20,403 bases of DNA from an uncultured Gemmatimonadales bacterium (GTDB lineage Bacteria; Gemmatimonadota; Gemmatimonadetes; Gemmatimonadales; GWC2-71-9): the NCBI GenBank assembly GCA_963695555.1, contig CAVOGR010000011.1, positions 1-20,403 of the forward strand, read 5' to 3'. Positions within the stretch are counted from its first letter, which is position 1, and each line of letters begins with the position of its first letter. The position numbers were made by a program, and so were the translations under genes. A model generated the notes under the pieces. That model did not search any database. It was not told where the DNA came from and was given only the letters and a program-made list of their open reading frames with translations. Below are positions 8,562 to 16,509 of this stretch, piece after piece.

Positions 8562-9412
8562 TCGAAGTTATAATCCTCGACGTCGCACACGGGTTGATAG
8601 CCCATCCGTTGGTAAATCGCGTTGGAAGTCGGATTGGCCAGATCGGTGTACAGAAAACAGAACTGTCGGCCCTGACCCAGGTAGTGCTGGCTGAGAGCCG
8701 CGACACAGGCGGACGCGTACCCGCGTCGCCTCGCCTTTGGGGGAGTATACACAAACCCGACCCGGATCCCGTTAGGGGTTTCCGACATACCCGCCGCCAT
8801 TGACACGGGCCCCTGGTCTTCCCAGAAGAAGAGCCTGCTCTCGTCGATTAGCCGACGGGCCAGCGGGTCGGGCTCTCCGACCTCCTGCCCGACGTCGGCG
8901 GTGAACCCACGGGTCCACGCGGTCGCAAGCTCGAGGTCGCCGAGGGTAGCCGGATGCATGTGGCCAGGAGCGGGGTTGGCGGGAGGCACGACCCGGTCCA
9001 GCTGGAAGATCCGCATCCGCATCCCAACCGTGAAATCGATGCTGAGCCTGGCGCTCCATTGCTCGGCGAAAGGTCGAGCCGCGGAGGCGGGGCCCATGAC
9101 GGCCGGAATCGCGGGGTAGACAGCGCCGACCTCGTCGACCAGCGATGGAATGGCCGCTTTCGGCATGCGGGTCAGGCCCAACTTGAAGGGCGGCGTCCGA
9201 AAGGCGGAGCCGGCTACGCCCTCCGACCCTTCGACCGTGGCAAGGAAGACGGGCTCCTTATAGGAATGCCGACCGGTACGGAGCTGGTCCGCGATGCCGA
9301 GCAGGAGGTTGTGTTCCGCCTCGGCGCTGAGGAGCCAGGGCCCGGCCCGATCGAGGAAGGCTTCGGCATCGGTGAAGCGGCGGACGCAAATCGGGGGCTC
9401 TGAGCTAGTCAT
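8558..9412 (-). CDS. GNAT family N-acetyltransferase (two-domain, FR47-like C-terminus)
   Basis: EAEHNLLLG N-terminal motif; VYTPPxxRRRGYA acetyl-CoA motif A; LYTDLANPTSNAIYQRMGY. Confidence 0.92.
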   Translation of the reverse strand: MTSSEPPICVRRFTDAEAFLDRAGPWLLSAEAEHNLLLGIADQLRTGRHSYKEPVFLATVEGSEGVAGSAFRTPPFKLGLTRMPKAAIPSLVDEVGAVYPAIPAVMGPASAARPFAEQWSARLSIDFTVGMRMRIFQLDRVVPPANPAPGHMHPATLGDLELATAWTRGFTADVGQEVGEPDPLARRLIDESRLFFWEDQGPVSMAAGMSETPNGIRVGFVYTPPKARRRGYASACVAALSQHYLGQGRQFCFLYTDLANPTSNAIYQRMGYQPVCDVEDYNFE

Positions 9413-9524
9413 CGTGCGAATGATCCGGTATGGCCGATTCTCCTGTCAAGCCGGTCGTGCTAAATTGTTCCGACGCCTGAACCCACTACCTGTCGCCATC
9501 GCGCCCTTGCGTGGGAGTTACTCG

Positions 9525-10028
9525 ATGATTCCGGATCCCCTGCACCCTGCCGTCGTGCACTTCCCCATCGTCCTTGCGACGCTGCTTCCGCTCGCGGCCG
9601 TCGTGGCCCTGATCGTGATTGCCCGCGGTGCGAACGCCCGAAAGACATGGGCCTGGGTGGTGGTCCTTTCCGCCATGCTCGCGGCGGCCTCATGGGCCGC
9701 GGTCGAGACTGGGCAGGACGAGGAAGACACGGTGGAGAAGGTCGTCGCGGAGGAACCGATCCACGAGCACGAGGAAGCCGGCGAGCGCATGCTCATCTTC
9801 TCTGGCATCGGGGTGCTGCTCGTCGGACTAGGCTTGGCCAACGGCAAGGTGGGTCAGGCGGGGCGTTGGATTGGGACCGCCGCCGCGGTTGGGCTCCTGG
9901 TGGCCTCGTACCAAGTTGGCAAGTTGGGCGGTGAGCTGGTCTATGAGCACGGCGCGGCCGGTGCCTATACCGACACGCTGCCGGCCCGGGGGGTGGAACT
10001 GGAACGGGGCGAAGCGGAAGACGACTGA
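9525..10028 (+). CDS. DUF2231 domain membrane protein
   Basis: GGGAG SD before ATG 9525; LHPAVVHFPIVL, TG...HEE, GxLGGELVYEHG; four hydrophobic helices. Confidence 0.85.
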   Translation: MIPDPLHPAVVHFPIVLATLLPLAAVVALIVIARGANARKTWAWVVVLSAMLAAASWAAVETGQDEEDTVEKVVAEEPIHEHEEAGERMLIFSGIGVLLVGLGLANGKVGQAGRWIGTAAAVGLLVASYQVGKLGGELVYEHGAAGAYTDTLPARGVELERGEAEDD

Positions 10029-10155
10029 CCTCTGGGCGGCACCGGACAGAGTTTCGTCCGATATCCCGCCCTGATCGAGATGCCGTATTGCGCCGCTGCG
10101 CCTGTTCCGCTGCGGGCCTTCCGGTGCGGGCATCACCGTACGGCGGCGTGCCAGG

Positions 10156-12087
10156 TCAGTGGACGATTCGTACCGCTCGGACTCGGTTGTCGAGAAAGGT
10201 CGGGATGAAGAGGAGGTCACCCTCCGGAAGGAACTCGAAGTCTGCGGTGTTCCAGCCCCGGGATCCGGCGTCCAGAATCTCCACCAGCTCCCGATCCGGC
10301 GTTATCCGGTAGAGCTTTCCATCCCAATGGGACACCAGCAGGTTCCCCGCGACGTCAACACGAATCCCATCGATGATGCCGGCGCCCAGCGACAGGACAT
10401 CCTCGGTTCTCCCCGACTTCAGCTCTATCCGTTTCAACATCCCGTCGCCCGAGTTCCCCACGAGGAGCCATCCGTCGCGGATCCAGAGGCCATTGGCCTG
10501 GTTGATACCCGCCTCGGCGAAGATCTCGAAGGTCCCATCCCGGAACCGGTAGATCCTGGACTCGGTCGGCTTGCCGGATCGGGTATCGGAGATGTATATG
10601 CTACCGTCCTCGTCGATGACGAGATCGTTGGGGAAAATCGCGTCGGGGATGGACCACCGGCCCGCGATCGTCCCCGAAGCCAGGTCGATTGCCACCACGT
10701 GCTGCCGCTCGGCTACGAATAGGGTATCCCGCCAAATGTCCATCCCCGTCGGCGCGTTCAGCCCCTCTACCCAGCGCAGGTCGAGCACCTCGCCGTCCAC
10801 GGACAGACGCGAGAGAAACCCGCTCGCCTCGGGCTTCCTCCCGTAATCAACATCGAAGTTGGTGACGTAGAGCACATCCCGAGTGGGGTCTTTCAGGACC
10901 GACTCGGGTGTGAGGAAGGTGTCGGGCGTTGCCCAGGCCTCTTCCGTGGCAGAATAGTCCACGGGCTTCGACTGCAGTGCGCGATCGGCCTGCACCATGA
11001 AGCCCCAGCCGCCGAAATACTCCGATACCATAAGGAGAATCTCATTCAATCCATGCCGAGCCTGAACTCCCACAGCATCGTGCAAGCCCAGAATGCCGAG
11101 GAACGACGGATCTCGGCCTTGATAACGGCTCTTTCCGCTGAATACCCGGCGTCCGTTGAAGAAGAAGTCGACTTCGTCGGAGTATCCGAATGTGAAGGTG
11201 ATCGCCCGGTCTTCATCGCTGTAGAAGATGTGGCGGGCGACGACCAGATCGCCGTTCTGATTCTGCCGCGCGGTCCGATCGGCGATGTCCACCAGCCCTC
11301 TGACATCCGCATCGACGTCCTGCCACTCGGCGAGGAACAGCGAAAAGAAGCCGGGATAGGCCTCCCGGTTGACCCGATCGGCGGGGAACGCCTGCGACAG
11401 GGCCCAGCTCCGGACCACGCCCTCCGGAGTCACGCGCTCGGGCGATGGCTCGAGTGCCAGTTGCCCGGCGGTGTCGTACCGGAAGTTTGAAAACCAAGCG
11501 GATCCATCCCGTGGTCCGCTCAGGGCGAGAGCGCCATTGCTGGCCGGTCCCTCGAGATACGGCATGACCAGAGCCGGTTGCGTGAGATCCTCGATGAACA
11601 CGCGGGCCCGGGTTCCCTGAACCTCGAGCCGGACTGGAATCCAGTTGTCTTCGGGAAACACGCCTGCAGCCGTGTAGCCTGCCCCGTTGTGAAGCTGCCA
11701 TTCCGCAATGCCGTTCACAACCGGCGTGTATTGGAGGGCGTCCGGATACAGCCCCGCGCGGTGAGGGCGAATGTAGAAATGCTCACCGTTATTTCGGTCG
11801 GAGAGGCGGAAGTAGATGCCCGGATAGGACCGCGCTCCCGTGACGTAGAGATCGAACTCGATGATCCCGTCCTGGAATACTGCGTCCTGCAGGACGGCCG
11901 TTCCCTGAAGCGCTTCCCGGCCTCCCACCTCCGAAACCTCGGCACCGGCGAGATCCCAGTGGAGCGAGTCGAACGGGACTGCTTCCTGGGCACGTGCCGA
12001 TGTCGCTGCTGCCGCAAGCGCGGCCAGGGCCGACACGGCGATCAGGAAGGTCTTCGGATGGCACGTCGGATTGACTCGCGTCCTCAT
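10156..12087 (-). CDS. Secreted three-domain protein: DUF1080/ConA-like domain, second beta-sandwich domain, and SMP-30/gluconolactonase-like beta-propeller
   Basis: ATG 12087 overlaps the DUF1003 stop (ATGA); signal ends in ARA-QE; DGIIEFD/GIYFR/WxxVRLEVxG; FGYSDE...NG...GLNE; propeller motifs PESV, GLNAPxGM, FPND, ANGL, IDGI, TAD. Confidence 0.75.
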   Translation of the reverse strand: MRTRVNPTCHPKTFLIAVSALAALAAAATSARAQEAVPFDSLHWDLAGAEVSEVGGREALQGTAVLQDAVFQDGIIEFDLYVTGARSYPGIYFRLSDRNNGEHFYIRPHRAGLYPDALQYTPVVNGIAEWQLHNGAGYTAAGVFPEDNWIPVRLEVQGTRARVFIEDLTQPALVMPYLEGPASNGALALSGPRDGSAWFSNFRYDTAGQLALEPSPERVTPEGVVRSWALSQAFPADRVNREAYPGFFSLFLAEWQDVDADVRGLVDIADRTARQNQNGDLVVARHIFYSDEDRAITFTFGYSDEVDFFFNGRRVFSGKSRYQGRDPSFLGILGLHDAVGVQARHGLNEILLMVSEYFGGWGFMVQADRALQSKPVDYSATEEAWATPDTFLTPESVLKDPTRDVLYVTNFDVDYGRKPEASGFLSRLSVDGEVLDLRWVEGLNAPTGMDIWRDTLFVAERQHVVAIDLASGTIAGRWSIPDAIFPNDLVIDEDGSIYISDTRSGKPTESRIYRFRDGTFEIFAEAGINQANGLWIRDGWLLVGNSGDGMLKRIELKSGRTEDVLSLGAGIIDGIRVDVAGNLLVSHWDGKLYRITPDRELVEILDAGSRGWNTADFEFLPEGDLLFIPTFLDNRVRAVRIVH

Positions 12088-12791
12088 CGTGCCCGACCTC
12101 GCTCCCCGAGCAGCTCCAATTGTATCTGCTGGATCTCGACCAGCCGCTCCCACTGGTGCGACAGCAGGTGGTCCATCTTCTCGTGAAGATGCCGGATTTC
12201 GAGTTCGGCCTTCAGGTTGACTTGATAGTCGTGCTGGGCCCGGATCCGGTCTTTGGCCTCCTGCCGGTTCTGGCTCATCATGATCACGGGCGCCTGGATG
12301 GCTGCCAGGGTCGAGAGCACCAGGTTGAGCAGGATGAACGGGTACGGGTCGACCGGCCGACGGTAGAGCACCACCGAGTTCATGATGATCCACCCGGCCA
12401 GGAAGGCCCCGAAGATCAGCAGGAAGGTCCAGCTCCCCCCGAACGTTGCGATGCGATCGGCCAATCGCTCCCCCAACGTCCATTCCTGTTCGAACTCGGC
12501 GTCGACGTTGCTCGCCAAGAGCTCATGTTGCCTGAGGCTCTCCAGCACTACTTGGTCGAGGCTGTTCAACTCGCCCTTCTCGGATTCGAGCATCGACTGG
12601 ATGTATTGGCCTCGGTAGCGCGCCAGGTCGACCCGACAGATGAACTTCTCCGGCGACCACTCCGGAATATCAGTGCTGATGAGATCGCTCACCGACGGGC
12701 GCACGGTGCCACCCGCTATTCCTTCCCGAGCGGAAACGCTTCGGCCGCACACGGCGCAAATGCGATGAGTCGGGTGCTTGTTCGAGCTCAT
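12084..12791 (-). CDS. DUF1003 domain membrane protein
   Basis: GERLADRIAxFGGSWTF, DPYPFILLNLVLS, QAPVIMMSQNRQ, NLKAELEIRxLHEKMD; N-terminal CxxC; GAGGAG SD. Confidence 0.93.
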   Translation of the reverse strand: MSSNKHPTHRICAVCGRSVSAREGIAGGTVRPSVSDLISTDIPEWSPEKFICRVDLARYRGQYIQSMLESEKGELNSLDQVVLESLRQHELLASNVDAEFEQEWTLGERLADRIATFGGSWTFLLIFGAFLAGWIIMNSVVLYRRPVDPYPFILLNLVLSTLAAIQAPVIMMSQNRQEAKDRIRAQHDYQVNLKAELEIRHLHEKMDHLLSHQWERLVEIQQIQLELLGERGRAR

Positions 12792-12828
12792 GCGTAACTC
12801 CTCGCTCTCGTGGACCGACTCGTTACCC

Positions 12829-14274
12829 TCAAAAGAAGACGAAGCTCACCAGCACCCAGATCGGGAGCAGGACGGCCGTACTGTACAGCATATAGTGGAA
12901 GAAACTCGGCATCTTGATCCCGGACTCCTCCGCGATCGCCTTGACCATGAAGTTGGGACCGTTCCCAATGTAGGTGTTGGCACCCATCAGGACCGCGCCA
13001 CAGGAAATGGCGACGAGCAGGCGCCCGGCCTCGGGGCCCTGCTGGAGCAACACTCCCAGGAACCGCCCGGTGACGGGCACGTGCTCCAACCCGGCCGCCG
13101 TGGCGGAGAAGGTGAGATAGGTCGGTGCGTTGTCCAGAAAACTCGACAGCGTTCCCGTGGTCCAGAAGAAATGCCACGGTTTGCTTAGATCGAACGCCAT
13201 CCCCAATACCTCACGTTGTCCCTGCCCCCACGCGTTCAAGATCTGGAGCGCCGGTGTCATGGTGATGAAGATGCCGATGAACAGGACGGCCACCTCGATG
13301 ATCGGGCCGAAGGTGAATCCGTTCCGGGTTCGGTTGATCTCTGCCGTCAGGAAATACGCGCCGATGGTCAGTCCGGCCATGGCGGCTTCCTTCCAGCCGA
13401 ACGGCCACGGCTCGCCTCCAGTGCCGAGCCCGTAGCCGGATGCGATGACCGCGGCGATGACCCCGCCCAAAAACAGGAAATTGTGCAGCCCGTGCATGCG
13501 GAACGGCTCGTGCTGCATGACCTCTTCCAGCTGTGAGCCTGGGCGTTCCTTTTCTTCCCGGTTGAAGACGACCTGATCCCACAAATTGAAAACGACGAGG
13601 AGAATGCCGTTCACCAAGAGCCATTGCGGCCAGAGCCGCAGGGTCCACGCGAAGGGAACGCCTTTCAGGAAACCCAGGAAGAGCGGTGGGTCGCCGATGG
13701 GCGTGAGCAGCCCGGCGCAGTTCGACACCACGAAGATGAAGAAGACGACGATGTGGGTCTTTCGCTGGCGCGGCCGGTTGGCTCGGAGAAGCGGCCGGAT
13801 GAGAAACACCGAGGCACCCGTCGTCCCGATGATGTTGGCGAGCACCGCCCCGATCGCCAGGAAGATGGTGTTGACCAAGGGTGTGCCCGACAGGGAACCC
13901 TGGATGTAGATCCCCCCGCTGATGACGAACAGCGAGGTGAGCAGCATGATGAACGACGTGTATTCCCGAAGCTCTTCGCCCAGCACCATCGTGCCTTCAC
14001 TGCCCCACATTAAGACGAGGGACAGCACGATGGGCAGCGACAGGAACAGGGATACGATCGCCTTGTTCCGGTTGTCCTCCCACCAGTGCCCATGAACCAG
14101 CGGAAAGATGGCGATCGAAAGGAGCAGCAAGGCGAAGGGAACCACCGTCACCATCGACAGCTGCTGCCCAAGGTTGGACGCGTGGTGCGCGTCCTGGGCG
14201 AGCAGGGGTGTGATGAGGGTCGGGAACACCAGCAGGAGGCTACTCAGCGCTGCCGATCGGCGGAGGATGGTCAT
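12829..14274 (-). CDS. IT-superfamily cation:proton antiporter / putative citrate transporter family
   Basis: Many TM helices; IGTTGAS, VSNxAGLLTPIGDPPLFLGFL, SSFLDNAPTY, GANTYIGNGPNFMVK motifs. Confidence 0.88.
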   Translation of the reverse strand: MTILRRSAALSSLLLVFPTLITPLLAQDAHHASNLGQQLSMVTVVPFALLLLSIAIFPLVHGHWWEDNRNKAIVSLFLSLPIVLSLVLMWGSEGTMVLGEELREYTSFIMLLTSLFVISGGIYIQGSLSGTPLVNTIFLAIGAVLANIIGTTGASVFLIRPLLRANRPRQRKTHIVVFFIFVVSNCAGLLTPIGDPPLFLGFLKGVPFAWTLRLWPQWLLVNGILLVVFNLWDQVVFNREEKERPGSQLEEVMQHEPFRMHGLHNFLFLGGVIAAVIASGYGLGTGGEPWPFGWKEAAMAGLTIGAYFLTAEINRTRNGFTFGPIIEVAVLFIGIFITMTPALQILNAWGQGQREVLGMAFDLSKPWHFFWTTGTLSSFLDNAPTYLTFSATAAGLEHVPVTGRFLGVLLQQGPEAGRLLVAISCGAVLMGANTYIGNGPNFMVKAIAEESGIKMPSFFHYMLYSTAVLLPIWVLVSFVFF

Positions 14275-14448
14275 GGCAGGTCACAGAGGGTAGGAGTACA
14301 CGTCTCGACATTCCGCTCGGGAAGCCAGGACGTAGCAAATAAGGCCCGAAGTTAGACCATTCAGCATGAAGCGATCGTGAAGGGATCCTTCCGACTTTCT
14401 TTGCAATCCCGGAGATGGGGAACACTGGTGCAATCCCCGAACGGGACT

Positions 14449-15171
14449 CTACGCTTCGGGAGCGTTCGAACGCTCGGCGCTCTCGTCCACAGCCTGCGAC
14501 AGCCCGCGCATCAGATTGTCGATCCGAATCCGGAATTTCGCCGTGGTCGCCTTCCAGATGGTGCGACCGGTCAGCCACGCGCCGCCCAACGATACCCCGA
14601 TGAGTGACCCGACGCCCACCAGAGTGGTGGGTTCCAAGATGGCGCCCCCAATCCCGATGCCCAACAGGCCCGCAATGCCCGGCAGGAGATAGGTCAGGAG
14701 ACCGGCTGACCCACGATCGGCAAAGACCCGCACCGCTGTGCGGCCGTCGCGCGGGCTTATCGTGACGTGGATCTGGCTCGGATCACCAACGGTCTGCCAT
14801 TCGAGCGACCCAAGGAGTTCGGTTACCTGGCCCTGGTGCCCCGCCGCCCGGCGAATGGCCTCCACCAATTTCCCATAGTCCTCTCGCGGCACTTCCCCAT
14901 CGGCCGAATGCAGCAACTCGTAGATCGTCGGTCCGCCGAACAGGCGGCCAAGCGTCCCGATCGAATGCTGTTGCACCAGGGCCGCAGCCCGTTCCACTAC
15001 AGCCGGATCGAGCCCGACCTCCCGGGCCACCGCCTGGATTTCCGCCAGCGACATGCCGTCTGGGGGAGTGGTGCCGGAGTCTGGGTCCTGCATCTCAAAC
15101 GCCTTCCGCAGGATCACCGCGAAATCCTGATCCGAGTAGCGACGCTCAGGAGGTGCTATGAGAACCTCCAC
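14449..15171 (-). CDS. Hypothetical membrane protein (N-terminal helical domain, two C-terminal TMs)
   Basis: RRYSDxDxxxILRKA...GMSLAEIQAVAREVGLDP helical signature and two hydrophobic segments. The start codon is uncertain (GTG 15171). Confidence 0.75.
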   Translation of the reverse strand: MEVLIAPPERRYSDQDFAVILRKAFEMQDPDSGTTPPDGMSLAEIQAVAREVGLDPAVVERAAALVQQHSIGTLGRLFGGPTIYELLHSADGEVPREDYGKLVEAIRRAAGHQGQVTELLGSLEWQTVGDPSQIHVTISPRDGRTAVRVFADRGSAGLLTYLLPGIAGLLGIGIGGAILEPTTLVGVGSLIGVSLGGAWLTGRTIWKATTAKFRIRIDNLMRGLSQAVDESAERSNAPEA

Positions 15172-15223
15172 ACAATGGTCCTACGGTGACTGCCGGTGTT
15201 GCATGCCGATCCGGCGTCAAGCG

Positions 15224-15496
15224 TCATGGCTCGGGAAGGCGCCGTGTCTGGTCGCCCTGGGACAGCATTCGCTCGGCAAAGTCGAGTCGTTCCTGGGTTT
15301 CGGTCAGCTCATGGCGCACGATGTCCAGTTCCTGCTCCAACGCGTCGAGCCGGCCGCGGAGTTCGCCGCCACCTTCGGCACCGCCCTCCATGGCCCGATA
15401 TTTCGCGACCTTGACCAGTCCATTGATGATGATGGCCACCACGGGAATCGAAAGCGCGATGATGGGAATCAACAAAGCGAGCGACTGACGATCCAT
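15224..15496 (-). CDS. Small single-TM coiled-coil protein (PspB/PspC-like architecture)
   Basis: LALLIPIIALSIPVVAII TM segment, followed by the heptad-rich LRGRLDALEQELDIVRHELTETQERLDFAERML. Confidence 0.75.
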   Translation of the reverse strand: MDRQSLALLIPIIALSIPVVAIIINGLVKVAKYRAMEGGAEGGGELRGRLDALEQELDIVRHELTETQERLDFAERMLSQGDQTRRLPEP

Positions 15497-15550
15497 GACC
15501 TGGCATCCCTTCTGTCGGATTCTGTCACGAGTCCAGGGTGCTGCCCGTCG

Positions 15551-15577
15551 GACGGCGATCGACTGTTTCGAGTTTCA
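15551..15577 (-). promoter_or_regulatory. Putative ECF sigma factor promoter
   Basis: The minus strand reads TGAAAC-N17-CGTC about 55 nt upstream of the small membrane-protein gene. Confidence 0.35.
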
Positions 15578-15600
15578 ATCGCACCCAGTGTAGGATAACA

Positions 15601-15636
15601 CGAAAATACCGCGGCGGGACATTCCCCGCCGCGGTA
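15601..15636 (-). terminator. Intrinsic terminator of the carotenoid operon
   Basis: Perfect 12-bp stem TACCGCGGCGGG / CCCGCCGCGGTA (15607-15636) with a 6-nt loop, followed by TTTT on the minus strand. Confidence 0.8.
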
Positions 15637-15644
15637 AGCACTAA

Positions 15645-15664
15645 CTCCCTACTCCCTACTCCTC
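15645..15664. repeat. CTCCCTA heptamer tandem repeat (2 full copies plus a partial copy)
   Basis: CTCCCTA CTCCCTA CTCCTC between the cruF stop and the terminator. Confidence 0.7.
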
Positions 15665-15669
15665 AATCT

Positions 15670-16509
15670 CTACCCTCCCGCAACGCTCCCCGCCACTCGT
15701 CCCACCCCACCCGTGCGCCGCAGCGCAACCGCAACAACGGGGACCACCACCGCAAGGCCGCCGACGATCAGGGCCGGAACCATGCCGCGGACCAGCGAAA
15801 TGCCCAGCGGAAGCACCGCGGAGAGGATCCACAGACGTATCGGCCAGGAGGAGGCAATAGGTTTGAGCCCACCGCCCAGAAACTCGTATCCCCACGCGAT
15901 GGCCGCACCAGTGAGGAACCACCCAATGAGATTCTGCGCCGGCATGCCGTAAAAGCCGGCGGCCGGCTCGGCCCACTGCCACACCGGGAATCCGTGGCCC
16001 ATCGCCGGGTCGAGGGCCAAGTCCCAGCACACCATGTAGAGCGCGGTGACGAGAATGCGCTTGGGCCGGTCGAGTCCGAGCCGCCCGGCCAGATCGAGCG
16101 ACAGGCTCGACATCGCGAACCACGAGAGCGGAATGAGATACGGCACCAGGCCCAGGATCTTCGGGCCGAGGAACTCGGTATAGCCATACCCACCGAACGG
16201 GATACCCGTGCTGGTGCCGAGCAGTTCGGCGCCCAGGCCCACAGCACTGCCCCACATGACGAAGAAGACGGACCGGCGGAACGACCGTGTGGGCGCGTAG
16301 AGCAGGAAGACCAAGAGCGGCAGCGCCGCCATGTAGACCCATGTGGGGATCTTCATGAGCCACGGCAACAAGAGCCCGGCCCGGGCCACGGCGGCGGGAA
16401 AATGGAGCAGCATGGCGGTTCCCGCTACACTCATCGCTACCGCCCCCGCGAGCAGTGCCGCGATCAGTTGGAACGCCCTGCTCTGGGACCCCACGCTCAG
16501 CAGCTTCAT
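15670..16509 (-). CDS. cruF: Carotenoid biosynthesis protein, CruF-type 1,2-hydratase (DUF422)
   Basis: ELLGTSTGIPFGxYxY, LGPKxxGLVPxxIPLSWF, WDLALDPAM, FYGMPxQNxxGW; multi-TM; ATGA-coupled to the upstream gene. Confidence 0.85.
   Translation of the reverse strand: MKLLSVGSQSRAFQLIAALLAGAVAMSVAGTAMLLHFPAAVARAGLLLPWLMKIPTWVYMAALPLLVFLLYAPTRSFRRSVFFVMWGSAVGLGAELLGTSTGIPFGGYGYTEFLGPKILGLVPYLIPLSWFAMSSLSLDLAGRLGLDRPKRILVTALYMVCWDLALDPAMGHGFPVWQWAEPAAGFYGMPAQNLIGWFLTGAAIAWGYEFLGGGLKPIASSWPIRLWILSAVLPLGISLVRGMVPALIVGGLAVVVPVVAVALRRTGGVGRVAGSVAGG

Noticed and set aside
12088..12483. 132-aa N-terminal extension of the 775-aa ORF
   Set aside because: It overlaps DUF1003 in another frame. The ATGA-coupled start at 12087 gives a proper signal peptide.
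12788..13177. 129-aa ORF ending in an ATGA overlap with DUF1003
   Set aside because: It is an alternative frame inside the antiporter, whose own C-terminus is intact. DUF1003 has its own SD.
14275..14448. Possible Na+/Li+/fluoride riboswitch upstream of the antiporter; TGCAATCCC repeated at 14402 and 14429
   Set aside because: I could not match a riboswitch consensus on the coding strand by eye, and the GGAGATGG stretch is on the wrong strand. An Rfam/Infernal scan would be needed. The 9-bp repeat alone is weak evidence.
15158..15598. Plus-strand ORF preceded by AGGAGGT
   Set aside because: The SD spacing is only 3 nt, the ORF is antisense to a convincing gene, and the SD is one arm of the inverted repeat.
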